Source: Promethearchaeota archaeon (GTDB lineage Archaea > Asgardarchaeota > Lokiarchaeia > Sigyniarchaeales > SOKP01). Taken from it: a stretch of 57,041 nt of DNA. The position numbers and the translations under genes were made by a program. Below, piece by piece: positions 11,201 through 21,000 of the stretch; the stretch's first letter is position 1, and every line of letters starts with the position of its first letter. The notes below the pieces were generated by a model. It was given only the letters and a program-made list of their open reading frames with translations, searched no databases and was not told where the DNA came from. The stretch is taken from contig JAGXNO010000022.1 in NCBI GenBank assembly GCA_019894975.1, positions 1 through 57,041 of the forward strand, read 5' to 3'.

Positions 11201-11682
11201 ATGAGAACATTGGGTTTAACATCCCTACAAGAAATATCAATGAAGGTCCTAAAACTACAGCTTATAAATTATATGAATCCATAGATGAAAAAATAGATGC
11301 TCAGTTACATCTTGCAGAAATAATAAGAGCGGTTGATGCGAGAAAAGTTGCTGAAAAAATTCTTTCTACTCATTTTAATCCAGATATTTTAGGAAACTTA
11401 AGAAAATTTAGTGTACAGACATTCAGGTGTGTTAAATGTAATTCGAAATATAGAAGACCTCCTCTTTCAAACTCAGGAAAATGTCCTAAATGTGGGAATA
11501 AAGTAATTTTAACTGTTAATCGAGGTGGAATTGAAAAATATATCTCTAGAGCCATAAAACTCTGTGAAGATTTTCATCTTAATGAGTATACTATTCAAAG
11601 AATGGAATTGATTGAGGAATATGTAGAAAGTCTAACAAACAATCCTAAAATCAAGCAATATAAGCTAGGTGATTTTTTTTAA
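8251..11682 (+). CDS. polC: DNA polymerase D large subunit DP2
   Basis: YFAGPIRAAGGT, RYGRSRNTG, RMGRPEK, catalytic RRNCDGDED, Zn fingers; no intein. Confidence 0.98.
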   Translation: MAEMSKEIEEYFTSIQNQVDCCYSIAEEARSKGYDPEKYVECPQAKDLAGRVEKLVGPEGIAEEIRELKKSGLNDDEIVFKIVTNILDKKIGNIDSLEERVERAIRAGLAIKTMGVVSAPLEGISKIQIRTDQSGGKYLSLYFAGPIRAAGGTTAALCVLIADFVRKKSNIPKYEATEAEIGRYVEEVKLYDRNVHLQYPSSNREIRYAVKNLPIEINGDATEVEQVSAFRDLPRIETNNIRGGACLVLNDGILLKAPKLLKIAKSMKLEGWDWLDDLKKIGQKEESKIKSEKDILVSPNFKYVADIIAGRPVFSHPSEIGGHRIRYGRSRNTGLAAGGIHPATMGILDDFAAIGTQLRIERPGKSTSICPVSSIEPPIIKLKNGDVIRVTSYNLARKVFPNIDEILFLGDILFGFGEFAENNHILMPSGYVEEWWALELKNALKDKEINDSRLLELIKDPFTFKPTAEEAIRLSKEFQIPLHPSFTDFWGNISVEELSILRNAFIKGFSTEKKKIVLNKDEDIKTILEKAFIIHKIREERIVFSKNMNLIYSEIFRLEDKKEVNYEREEDIFSFFNKISSIDIKNKAPHFIGSRMGRPEKSERKSMKGVHTLFPLSDKVGSSREVEKALELQKIRIDVCRKKCPKCDTISIFNICPKCSTHTELGSICEKCKKFFRPSEHKSGDRCPHCNGRVKASDEAIFNLKNHLNSILKSLQIPLPKKLKGIYGLTNQFKVPEPLEKGILRAKNNVLVYKTAEIRYDATDIPLSHFKPEEIGTSIKDLKDLGYQHDYKGEPLQTEDQIIELKVQDVILSDDCGQYFIKVSNFLDDELEYFYGMNRFYNIDDSKDLIGHLAVGLAPHTSAGIIGRIIGFSPARSIYAHPFWHSAKRRNCDGDEDGIMLLLDPLLNFSRHYLPNKIGGRMDATLVIGTLLDPNEIEPEAHNVDTLFQYPLEFYKATEKYTTPSKIEKMMSLVRSHLGTVDQYENIGFNIPTRNINEGPKTTAYKLYESIDEKIDAQLHLAEIIRAVDARKVAEKILSTHFNPDILGNLRKFSVQTFRCVKCNSKYRRPPLSNSGKCPKCGNKVILTVNRGGIEKYISRAIKLCEDFHLNEYTIQRMELIEEYVESLTNNPKIKQYKLGDFF

Positions 11683-11683
11683 T

Positions 11684-12883
11684 TTAAAGTGTTTCTGAGT
11701 CTATTTTTCTTAGAGCTTGGTAACAAATTGCCAAACACCCATTCAGATTTTCAGGTAAAACTTTATCAGGTGTGTCTCTTAAGGAGTGGATATATTTAGA
11801 ATCTTTATCTGAATGAAAAAAGATAGTTTGAAGCTTTTTTCTAGCCCTTTTAGCGTACCGTCTAAATATTGTATGATCACTTTTTGGCTCAAAAAACTTA
11901 CTAAACCTAGTAATTGGTATATTCAAAGAATTTGCTGTTGCTTCGATAAGATCGTTGTAACCCTTATTCATCCGTTTTCTTAATGGAAAACCTGCTTTGT
12001 CTAATAATCCAATATAAGTACCAACCATATCTATGTTGATATTAATCGATTTATTCAAGTTATAATCTTCATTCAATACACGAAAATGTTCAGAACAAAA
12101 TTTTTTTGAACCTTTTAAGCCCCATTCTTCAGCACCTGTCCAGATAAAAAGCAATTCAATATTATCTAATGGATTTCTTTTGAACAATTTTGCTAACTCA
12201 ATTAATATTGAGACTCCGCTAGCATTATCAATTGAGCATGAGGCAGGTTTTTCATTAAATACAAGATAAAGAATGGGTAAAGAAATGACAATTCCAAATA
12301 AGGATACTATTGCAATAATTATTATAATATTAGTAGGGAGAGAAAAAATTAGAAGTATGTCAAGAGTTAACCAAATGGAAAAAACTACAACGATAAGTAG
12401 ATAAAAACCTATTATCAATCTATAAATTAAAAACATAAATACTTGGAACCGAAAAGGAATATTTGCCGAAACGGAATCATAATGTGCTGTTAATATAACA
12501 ATCGGTCTTTTTTCCTTTTTATTATTTGCAGGAATTTCCGCATATATATTTTTAGAGGATTCTTTTTTTATCAAGGTCATTTTACGTGTTCTTTCAAATA
12601 AATGCTTTATTACAAAGTAAATGACCAAAATTAGAATTAAACGTGAGAGGAGGAGATACGTGATTAGTATCAAATAACTAGTTCTCATTAATAACCTTGT
12701 CGGTCCCGTCCAGTGGAAATATTCACGCTGAGATTTGATATTTTCTTTTTTCAATTCTTCTTCAATATAATTTATAGCTTTTGTTTCCCCTGTAGTTGAT
12801 GCCGATCTATTAAAAGCTAATGATTCAACATGCTTTTTAGTTTCTAACTCTTTACTTATTACTACACTCGTAATAGAAATCAC
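11684..12883 (-). CDS. membrane-embedded M28 family metallopeptidase
   Basis: AHYDS, DNASGV, GAEEWGLKGS, NIDMVG, SDH, IHSLRDTPD with TM insertions. Confidence 0.88.
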   Translation of the reverse strand: MISITSVVISKELETKKHVESLAFNRSASTTGETKAINYIEEELKKENIKSQREYFHWTGPTRLLMRTSYLILITYLLLSRLILILVIYFVIKHLFERTRKMTLIKKESSKNIYAEIPANNKKEKRPIVILTAHYDSVSANIPFRFQVFMFLIYRLIIGFYLLIVVVFSIWLTLDILLIFSLPTNIIIIIAIVSLFGIVISLPILYLVFNEKPASCSIDNASGVSILIELAKLFKRNPLDNIELLFIWTGAEEWGLKGSKKFCSEHFRVLNEDYNLNKSININIDMVGTYIGLLDKAGFPLRKRMNKGYNDLIEATANSLNIPITRFSKFFEPKSDHTIFRRYAKRARKKLQTIFFHSDKDSKYIHSLRDTPDKVLPENLNGCLAICYQALRKIDSETL

Positions 12884-12996
12884 AAATTCTGTTGTATATT
12901 TAACTCTTCTATTTTTTGATCATTATTAAATGGGTAATACGAATAGAGGTATCTTTCTCAATATTTTAACATGAAAATAAATATTAAGCTTAAATA

Positions 12997-13148
12997 TGCA
13001 GGAGGTGGGATATTCGAAAGAGATCGATATGATCCGTTATCATTATTCGAACCCACGAAGACCTATGTCACTAGAACCTCAATCTAGCGCCGATAGCCGC
13101 TTGTTCTATATACCAAACAATGCTTAGACCAGGCTTGGCAACTCCTGC
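12997..13148 (-). tRNA. tRNA-Leu(GAG) with two non-canonical introns (D-loop 13093-13124, 32 nt; T-loop 59/60 13011-13045, 35 nt)
   Basis: Acceptor GCAGGAG/CTCCTGC-A; anticodon arm CTAGA-TTGAGGT-TCTAG; long variable arm; T arm GTGGG-TTCGAAT-CCCAC after splicing; mature 85 nt; no encoded CCA. Confidence 0.92.
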
Positions 13149-13397
13149 TTTGAATTAATTGTATTTTAGACCTTTTTTTTGATATCAAGAATAGACTGCA
13201 TTATTGATATTGAATTAGATAATGTATCCAATTTTTAAAATCTTATTCCTAAATTATTCTTAATTTTCATTTTTAATGCTTAATTCAAAAAATGTTAAAG
13301 ATTATCGTTTTCTATAAATTTTTAAGATAAACTTATTATATTAAATAATAAAATTTTAGTTATTTTATAGTGCATTTAAAAACATAATACAAAGGTT

Positions 13398-14420
13398 ATG
13401 AATTTCATGTCAGTTGATCGAAACAAATTAGAAGCGTTGCTAAAATGGTATAGGCAGGAAGTTGGTGCAAATTTGATTGCGGCTATTATTGTGAATAGGG
13501 AAGGTTTAGTAATGGCAGCAGTAAAAGGAGAATCAGAAACAGAAGTAGAAGAGGATGTAATTGCTGGTGTAAGTGCATTAGTAGAACCTGTTCTAACCAG
13601 AATTACAGAAGAGTTCAGTTCAGGGGCTTTCGGAACAGGCACGTTTGATACAGAAGAACAACGTATTATTTTTTGCGAAGCGGGACCTGAAGCAATTTTT
13701 GTAACAGTATTAGATTCAATTGCAATGGTTGATCCCATTTTTCCATATGCGTATTTAGCTGCAGAGAAAATAGCTCGAATTTTTGATGGGAGAACAGTCA
13801 GTCCTGTGATTCCAAAGCTGATTTCTGACCATGATACTCAAAAAATCGAAAGAAAAGTGGATAAACTTCAAAAAATTAAAGTCAAATCCGGGGAATATGC
13901 TTACAAACTAATTTTGGGAGGGGAAGGAGGAGTAGGTAAAACTAGTATGGTTCATCGTTTTGTTGAAAACGCGTTTCAAACTGATTACAAATCTACGATA
14001 GGGACATCAATAATGAAAAAAGAATGTGACTTTGAAGGTTTAGATTCAAAAGTAAGGTTTGTTCTTTGGGACTTGGCGGGACAAGCACAATTTAAGCGTG
14101 TTAGACAATCATATTTATCAAATGCTGAAGCAGGTATTTTGGTTTATGATGTGACTCGTAAAGATACTCTTGATAAAGTAGAAAATTGGTTTAGTGAAAT
14201 AAAAGATGTCTCACCGAACATTTCTTTAATCTTAGTAGGTAATAAAATTGATCTAACAGAAGATCGGGTAATTTCGACTGAAATGGGAGAAGCATTCGCG
14301 AAAAAACTAAATCTTTCATATATCGAGACTTCAGCAAAAACCGGAGAAAACATAAATGATGCATTTAAAATGCTTGCTTTACAAAGAATAAGAGAATATG
14401 TTTTCACTGAGGAAGTGTAA
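13398..14420 (+). CDS. Roadblock/LC7 domain - Rab-like small GTPase fusion
   Basis: N-terminal IIVNREGLVMAA roadblock pattern; C-terminal GEGGVGKT, WDLAGQ, GNKID, ETSAK. Confidence 0.9.
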   Translation: MNFMSVDRNKLEALLKWYRQEVGANLIAAIIVNREGLVMAAVKGESETEVEEDVIAGVSALVEPVLTRITEEFSSGAFGTGTFDTEEQRIIFCEAGPEAIFVTVLDSIAMVDPIFPYAYLAAEKIARIFDGRTVSPVIPKLISDHDTQKIERKVDKLQKIKVKSGEYAYKLILGGEGGVGKTSMVHRFVENAFQTDYKSTIGTSIMKKECDFEGLDSKVRFVLWDLAGQAQFKRVRQSYLSNAEAGILVYDVTRKDTLDKVENWFSEIKDVSPNISLILVGNKIDLTEDRVISTEMGEAFAKKLNLSYIETSAKTGENINDAFKMLALQRIREYVFTEEV

Positions 14421-14424
14421 TATA

Positions 14425-14526
14425 AGCCTCTGGGGGGAATTGAACCCCCGACCGAATCACCTGATTGATTGAATTAAAAAATCAATTGATTACGAATCAA
14501 TAGCTCTACCACTAAGCCACAGAGGC
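14425..14526 (-). tRNA. tRNA-Thr(CGT) with a ~30 nt non-canonical intron (~14456-14485, position ~42-44)
   Basis: Acceptor GCCTCTG/CAGAGGC-T; D arm GCTT/GAGC; ATTGA-TTCGTAA-TCAAT; T arm GGGGG-TTCAATT-CCCCC. Confidence 0.9.
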
Positions 14527-14594
14527 ACAGAAATTTTTAAAAATATAAGTTTATTCAAAAATAATAGTTATTAAAAAATTATAAAATTTTACTT

Positions 14595-15614
14595 ATGAGT
14601 GATAATCCTCAGATAGGTAACCTAGGAGAAATAAAATTAATAAAAATTATTGAAGATTTGGTAAGAAGTAAAACGGGAAAAGCTTTAATAAGAGATGATG
14701 CTTTTTTTTTTGAACTTTTAGATGAAGATACTAAGGAGTATTTGGTTTTGAATTCAGATATGCTTGTTTCTTCCACGGATATACCACCACAGATGAATTC
14801 TTATCAAGTTGGGACTAAATCCGTTATAATGAATATTAGTGATTTATTAGTGAAAGGAGTTCGTCCAAAAGGAATTATCATATCTCTAGGTTTACCCAAG
14901 ACGCTTAAAAAAGAATCTTTCATAAAAATTATAAGTGGGATAATCGATTGTTCTTTAAAATTTGATCTTAAACTTATTGGGGGAGATATCAATGAAACAA
15001 AAGAAATCATAATAGCCCCGACCGTGTTTGGTTTAAAAAGTCCTTCGAATATAATCTTAAGAAAAGGGATAAATGTTGATGATATTTTAGTGATTAATAG
15101 AAAATTTGGATTAACAGGTGTTGGATTTGACCTTCTCTTAAACAGAGGCAGTGAAATTGAGATTTTTCCAAATTATATTAGATCCATCAAAAGTGTATTG
15201 GAACCAAGAGTTTCGGGATTGGAAGCATCTATTCTTTCAGAGAAGAAGTTAGCAACTTCAAGTATTGATTCTTCGGATGGTTTAACAAAATCTCTAACAG
15301 ATTTAATGATATCTAATCCAGACATAGGATTTGAAATTGATTTTAATGAGAATTTAATTGATAATGAGGCTATCTTATATTCCCAAGAGTTTAACATTCC
15401 ATTGGAAAATCTTGTTTTTAATGGGGGGGAAGAATACATTCATTTATTTACAATTAAAGCAAACAATTTTTTCAAGGCTAAAAAAGAAATTCAAAAAAAG
15501 GGTGGAACTCTTTTTAAAATAGGAAAAGTAATTCCTGAGGAATATATATATATCTTGAAAGATAATAAAAGAAGCAGACTAAAAAGCTATGGGTTTGAAC
15601 ATTTTACTATTTAA
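14595..15614 (+). CDS. thiL: thiamine-monophosphate kinase
   Basis: GEIKLI, DDA, MNISDL, IGGD, DSSDGL, GGEEY, GFEHF. Confidence 0.9.
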   Translation: MSDNPQIGNLGEIKLIKIIEDLVRSKTGKALIRDDAFFFELLDEDTKEYLVLNSDMLVSSTDIPPQMNSYQVGTKSVIMNISDLLVKGVRPKGIIISLGLPKTLKKESFIKIISGIIDCSLKFDLKLIGGDINETKEIIIAPTVFGLKSPSNIILRKGINVDDILVINRKFGLTGVGFDLLLNRGSEIEIFPNYIRSIKSVLEPRVSGLEASILSEKKLATSSIDSSDGLTKSLTDLMISNPDIGFEIDFNENLIDNEAILYSQEFNIPLENLVFNGGEEYIHLFTIKANNFFKAKKEIQKKGGTLFKIGKVIPEEYIYILKDNKRSRLKSYGFEHFTI

Positions 15615-15747
15615 GTTTAATTTATTAATAGATTTTTCTATATAGTCTTAAAACAGAAGAAGATATTCTCTATACAATAAAATTTTTATACTATAATAGA
15701 TTTATTGCACATACTATCAAGGTTTGTTTACACAAAAATATAGATAT

Positions 15748-15851
15748 GGGCTATTAGCGCAGGCAGGTAGCGCAGCAGGCTTTTAACCTGAAATTTATGA
15801 GATGATCTCTTATAAAAAGGAAGGTCAGGGGTTCAATTCCCCTATAGCCCG
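15748..15851 (+). tRNA. tRNA-Lys(TTT) with a ~30 nt non-canonical intron (~15793-15822, position ~43-45)
   Basis: Acceptor GGGCTAT/ATAGCCC-G; D arm GCGC/GCGC; CAGG-CTTTTAA-CCTG; T arm AGGGG-TTCAATT-CCCCT; intron hairpin TTTATGAGA/TCTTATAAA. Confidence 0.9.
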
Positions 15852-15966
15852 CTTATTTTCTATTACTTTCGTTTATGGAAATTAATTTACTTCATAATTT
15901 TAAAGAAACATTTATGTAAGGTCTAAGTTTATATTTACATAACAAATCCCCTCACTATATTTTAAA

Positions 15967-16977
15967 ATGGATGTTCCAGAATTTAAATTACCTTCTGATG
16001 AACCTGAGCAGTTAATGGTTAAATCTCAAGATACCAGCAATCCTAATTACGGATGTAACCCAGAAAGTAGGGATATAACTAATCTTCTGGAGTTTGGAGT
16101 AATAAATTTGGATAAACCGAGTGGTCCAACTAGTCATGAAGTGGTATCGTGGGTTCGTAAAGTACTAGGAATTTCAAACGCAGGACATGGAGGAACTCTG
16201 GATCCTAAAGTTACAGGAGTGTTACCATGTGCCCTTGGAAGAGCTACACGTGCTTTGTCATCGTTATTGAAAGCTGGTAAAGAGTATGTAGGTGTACTTT
16301 ATCTCCATTCTCCTGAAAATTTGACAAGAATCGAAAAAATATTTAAACTTTTCAATGGCAAGATATATCAAAGACCACCATTAAAATCATCGGTCGCCAG
16401 AAAGCTTAGAATAAGAGAAATATATTATAGTCAAATAATTGAGGTTAATAATAATCACGTTCTTTTTAGAATAGGATGTGAAGCAGGTACCTATATACGT
16501 AAGTTTTGTTTTGATATTGGAGAAGCTCTCTGTTCAGGTGCTCATATGCTAGAGCTAAGAAGAACTAGAGTAGGATATTTTACTGAAGATGAGAAATTAA
16601 TAACTCTCCAAAATTTGAAGGACGCTTATACAATTTTCCAACTGGAGAACGATGAACGTTATTTGAGGGAAATTATATTTCCTATAGAAAAGATGGTTTC
16701 TCATTTGCCTAAAATCTATATTAGAGATACTGCGGTTGATGCAATTTGCCATGGTGCTGATTTAGCTTCAGCAGGAATTTGTTTTATTGATGCTAGAATA
16801 AAACCAAATTTGTCGGTTGCGCTAATGACTTTGAAGAAAGAATTAATTGGATATGGGACTTCATTGAAAAATGCTATGCAGATATATAAAGCTAAATCGG
16901 GTATCCTAGTAAAAACAAATAAAATTTTTATGAACAGAGGAGTATATCCTCGATGGAATGAAAAAAAAATAAAGTGA
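15967..16977 (+). CDS. cbf5: H/ACA / tRNA pseudouridine-55 synthase Cbf5
   Basis: LDKPSGPTSHEVV, GHGGTLDPKVTG, C-terminal PUA domain. Confidence 0.96.
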   Translation: MDVPEFKLPSDEPEQLMVKSQDTSNPNYGCNPESRDITNLLEFGVINLDKPSGPTSHEVVSWVRKVLGISNAGHGGTLDPKVTGVLPCALGRATRALSSLLKAGKEYVGVLYLHSPENLTRIEKIFKLFNGKIYQRPPLKSSVARKLRIREIYYSQIIEVNNNHVLFRIGCEAGTYIRKFCFDIGEALCSGAHMLELRRTRVGYFTEDEKLITLQNLKDAYTIFQLENDERYLREIIFPIEKMVSHLPKIYIRDTAVDAICHGADLASAGICFIDARIKPNLSVALMTLKKELIGYGTSLKNAMQIYKAKSGILVKTNKIFMNRGVYPRWNEKKIK

Positions 16978-16999
16978 ATATTCTAAACTATTTCTTGTT

Positions 17000-17638
17000 A
17001 TGAAAAATAATAATCAACATTATTTTGATGAATTTCCTGATGTAAAGGTGAAGATCCAAACAATTTCAGAGAGCCTAAGAAGGCATCTCTATATTTTTAA
17101 GACTATTACCGGAGTGTTTTCATTTAGTAAGATAGATTTAGGAACTAAAGTACTGGTAGAACATATGATTATTTCGAAAGAACCTAGTATATTTCTCGAT
17201 TTGGGATGTGGATATGGGCCTATTGGCATTATTTTAGGATATGAATCTCCAGATAGCTTAGTGTATTTAATTGATATTAATAAACGAGCAGTATGGTGTA
17301 CTAAAGAAAATATAAAAATAAATTTAAATAACACCAAAAAAAACATTCAAGTTTTGCAGGGTAATTATTTTGAACCATTACAAAAAAAGAATGTAAAATT
17401 TGATACGATTTACATGAATCCTCCTCTACGACAAGGCAGAAAAGAATTCTTACAGTTATTTGAAGTTATCCCAAGTTATTTAAAACCACAGGGTTCTTTT
17501 CAATTTGTAATTAAAAAAAAGATGGGTGCCCAATATGTTTTAGATTATATCAATCAAACTTATCCAAATAATCATATTGAAATCATTTGTAAAAGAAGCG
17601 GTTATTGGGTTTTTAGGTATTGTATTGATATAAGTTGA
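17000..17638 (+). CDS. RsmC/MTS-like class I SAM methyltransferase
   Basis: GVFSFSKIDLGT, LDLGCGYGPIG, NPP. Confidence 0.88.
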   Translation: MKNNNQHYFDEFPDVKVKIQTISESLRRHLYIFKTITGVFSFSKIDLGTKVLVEHMIISKEPSIFLDLGCGYGPIGIILGYESPDSLVYLIDINKRAVWCTKENIKINLNNTKKNIQVLQGNYFEPLQKKNVKFDTIYMNPPLRQGRKEFLQLFEVIPSYLKPQGSFQFVIKKKMGAQYVLDYINQTYPNNHIEIICKRSGYWVFRYCIDIS

Positions 17639-17740
17639 ATTCAATATGAATAAATTATTAAAAAATAAGTAAAATTGGTAAAATTTTTTAGAAAAGGTAT
17701 ATTTCTTTCAATATTAATCGTTATGTAAGAGGATTTTTCC

Positions 17741-17998
17741 TTGACTAAGAAAAAAAGTATTGATGTCTTACTACATAAATTTGTTCCACGACATCTTCTT
17801 TTAACTAAAGAAGAATCTCTAGAACTCTTAGAAAAATATCAAATAGAGGTAACTGATTTACCTCAGGTATTTGAAAAAGATCCGGTTGCTATAGCTATCG
17901 GAGCAAAAGAGGGAGATATCGTGAGAATAATCCGAGATTCATATACGACAGTAAGTCACATGGATTACTATCGATATGTAAAGAAGGAAAAAGCATGA
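17741..17998 (+). CDS. rpoH: RNA polymerase subunit H (Rpo5)
   Basis: HKFVPRH, LPQVFEKDPVA, GDIVRIIRDS, YYRYV. Confidence 0.96.
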   Translation: MTKKKSIDVLLHKFVPRHLLLTKEESLELLEKYQIEVTDLPQVFEKDPVAIAIGAKEGDIVRIIRDSYTTVSHMDYYRYVKKEKA

Positions 17999-18041
17999 AA
18001 TAAATACAATTATTTTAAATAATATTTTGGATAGATAAATT

Positions 18042-21000
18042 TTGAGTACTGAAAAATTATCAAATGAGGATAAATGGGTTGTTTTAAAAAGTCTGTTTGA
18101 CGAAAAGGGCTTAGTTAGACAACATTTGGATTCTTACAACCAATTCATTGAAGATGAAATGCAATCTATTGTCGATGAGTCTGGAGAAGTTATTCCTGAC
18201 ATTCCTGGCTTTAAAATTAAATTTGGAAAGATTAAAGTGGGTATGCCAAAAGTTAGAGAAGCTGATGGAGCTACGATGGAAATAACCCCTATTGAAGCAA
18301 GAATAAGGGAATTAAGTTACGCAGCAGATATTACATTAGAAATGACTCCGATCACTATAGACGAACGCACACAGAGAGAAGAAGCAGAAGAAACCCTTGA
18401 TATATATATCGGGAAAATTCCAATAATGCTAAAAAGCTGTCGATGTCCTTTAGAAAGTTTGTCTGAGCAAGAATTAATTAATCGGGGTGAAGACCCACTG
18501 GATCCGGGGGGATATTTTATAATAAACGGTACAGAACGAGTTCTCGTTACCCAAGAAGACTTAGCGCCTAATAGAATACTTGCTGAAGAAGCAAGTAGAA
18601 GTTCAAGTGCAACTCACCAAGCAAAAGTATTTTCAACGAGAAGTGGTTTCCGAGCACCTGTCACAATTGAAAGGAAAAAGGATGGTAATTTAAGAGTTTC
18701 TTTTCCTTCTGTTCCTGGCAAAATTCCTTTAGCAATTCTCATGAGAGCATTAGGTTTACATTCAGATAGAGAGATTTTTGAAGCCATATCTGAAAATGAA
18801 GAAATTCAAAAAGAATTAATCCCTGTCATAGATGTTGCTTCTGAGATCCAAGTATTAAAGGATCCAGAGAAATCTCAACAAAACGCTCTCGATTATATTG
18901 GAAAAAGAGTTGCTATCGGGCAGACTAAGGACTATCGTATTAGAAGAGCACTTCAAGTTTTAGATCGATATTTATTACCACATATAGGAAATGCTGAAGA
19001 AGATAGGCTTAAAAAAGCATATTATTTAGGCCAAATGGCACAAAAAGTAATGGAACTTGCTTTAAGTTTGAGAGAACCAGATGATAAAGACCATTACTCA
19101 AATAAGAGATTAAAACTAGCTGGAGAATTATTTACGGGTTTATTTAGGGTTGCGTTTCTAAACCTAGTAAAGGATATTAAGTATCAATTAGAGAGGACGG
19201 CAGTTCGAGGTCGAGCACCAAATATAAAGACCGCAGTTAGAGCAGATGTAATTACAGAGAGAATCAGGCATGCTTTAGCTACAGGAAATTGGGTTGGGGG
19301 TAAAGCAGGTGTGAGTCAATTGTTAAATAGACAGAATCATGTTGGAACATTAAGCCATTTGAGAAGAGTAATTTCTCCTTTAAGTCGAAGTCAACCTCAT
19401 TTTGAAGCTAGAGATTTACATCCAACTCAATGGGGAAAAATTTGTCCAGCAGAAACACCAGAAGGGCCGAATTGTGGTTTGGTTAAAAATCTTGCGTTAG
19501 CTGCTATAATCTCGGTGGGAGCTGATGAAAGAATAATAGAAAATATCTTATTTGATTTAGGAGTTATTCCCATAAATGAAGTAAAAAATGTGAGAGGGGA
19601 CAAAGTAAAAGTATTTCTTAATGGAAAGTTAGTAGGTATTCATCAGCAGTATAATCCGTTTATTAGACAACTTAGAGAAAAAAGAAGAAAAGGGGAAATT
19701 AGTCAGCATGTAAATATCGGTTATTATCATGACTCCAGTGAAATTCAAATTAATTGTGATGCGGGGAGAGCAACAAGACCACTTTTTGTTTTAAAAAATA
19801 AAATGCCACTTATTTTAAAAGAGGATATTGAGAAATTAAGACAAAATAAATACATCTGGTCTGATTTAGTTCAAAAGGGTGTAATAGAATACTTAGACGC
19901 TGAAGAAGAAGAAAATGCTTACATAGCTATGTTTGAAGAAGATTTAACAAGTGAACATACTCATTTAGAAATTTCCCCGGCAGCGATACTCGGAATTTGC
20001 GCTTCAATCATTCCATTTCCAGAACATAACCAATCACCAAGAAATACATATGAAGCGGGAATGGTAAAACAGGCATTAGGATTATGGGCTGCGAATATGC
20101 ATCTTAGGCTTGATACAAGAGGACATACATTACATTATCCTCAGCAACCTTTAGTAAAAACAAGCCCAATGGAAATAATAGGAATCAATAAGCGCCCAGC
20201 AGGACAAAATTTCATTATTGGGATGATGAGCTTTGAGGGATTCAATATTGAAGATGCAATAATCATTAATAAAGCATCTATTGAACGAGGTCTGGCTCGA
20301 AGTCATTTCTTTAGAACTTATGATGCTGAAGAAAGAAAATATCCTGGAGGAGAAGTTGATAAGTTTGAGATTCCAGAAAGAGGAGTAAGAGGGTTTAAAT
20401 CTGCTGAATCTTATCGCCTTTTATCAGAAGAAGATGGCATAATAGAGCCAGAAACTCAAGTTAATGGAGGAGATGTTCTTATTGGTAGAACTTCTCCACC
20501 AAGGTTCATCAAATCTTATGAAGAGTTTGAATTAATGCAACCAAATAGACGTGAAACCTCGAAAAACATGAGACATAATGAAAAAGGAATCGTTGATACC
20601 GTAATTATTTCAGAGACCGTAGATGGAAACAAGCTAGTTAAAATAAAGGCAAGAGATTTAAGAATTCCGGAATTAGGAGATAAATTTTCTTCCAGACATG
20701 GTCAGAAGGGTGTTCTTGGTTTAATAGTTGATCAATCTGATATGCCCTTTACATCTTCAGGCGTCATTCCTGATATTATTGTTAATCCGCATGCTATGCC
20801 TTCGAGGATGACTTTAGGACAATTATTTGAAGGAATAAGTGGTAAAATTGCCTGTGTGAATGGGAAATTGGGTGATGCTACTGCTTTTGAATGGACAAAT
20901 ATAACGAAACTTCAAGAGTTAGTAGTTGAATCTGGGTTCGAATTTAATGGTAGAGAAGTTATGTATAATGGAATAACAGGGGAAAAATATGAAGCGGGTA

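Noticed and set aside
12709-12720. Exact ORB core TCCAGTGGAAAT
   Set aside because: Single copy inside the M28 peptidase coding sequence (YFHWT codons), with no AT-rich unwinding element or partner box
14470-14490. Alternative canonical 37/38 intron in tRNA-Thr
   Set aside because: Would leave a ~14-nt variable region atypical for Thr and gives no convincing BHB
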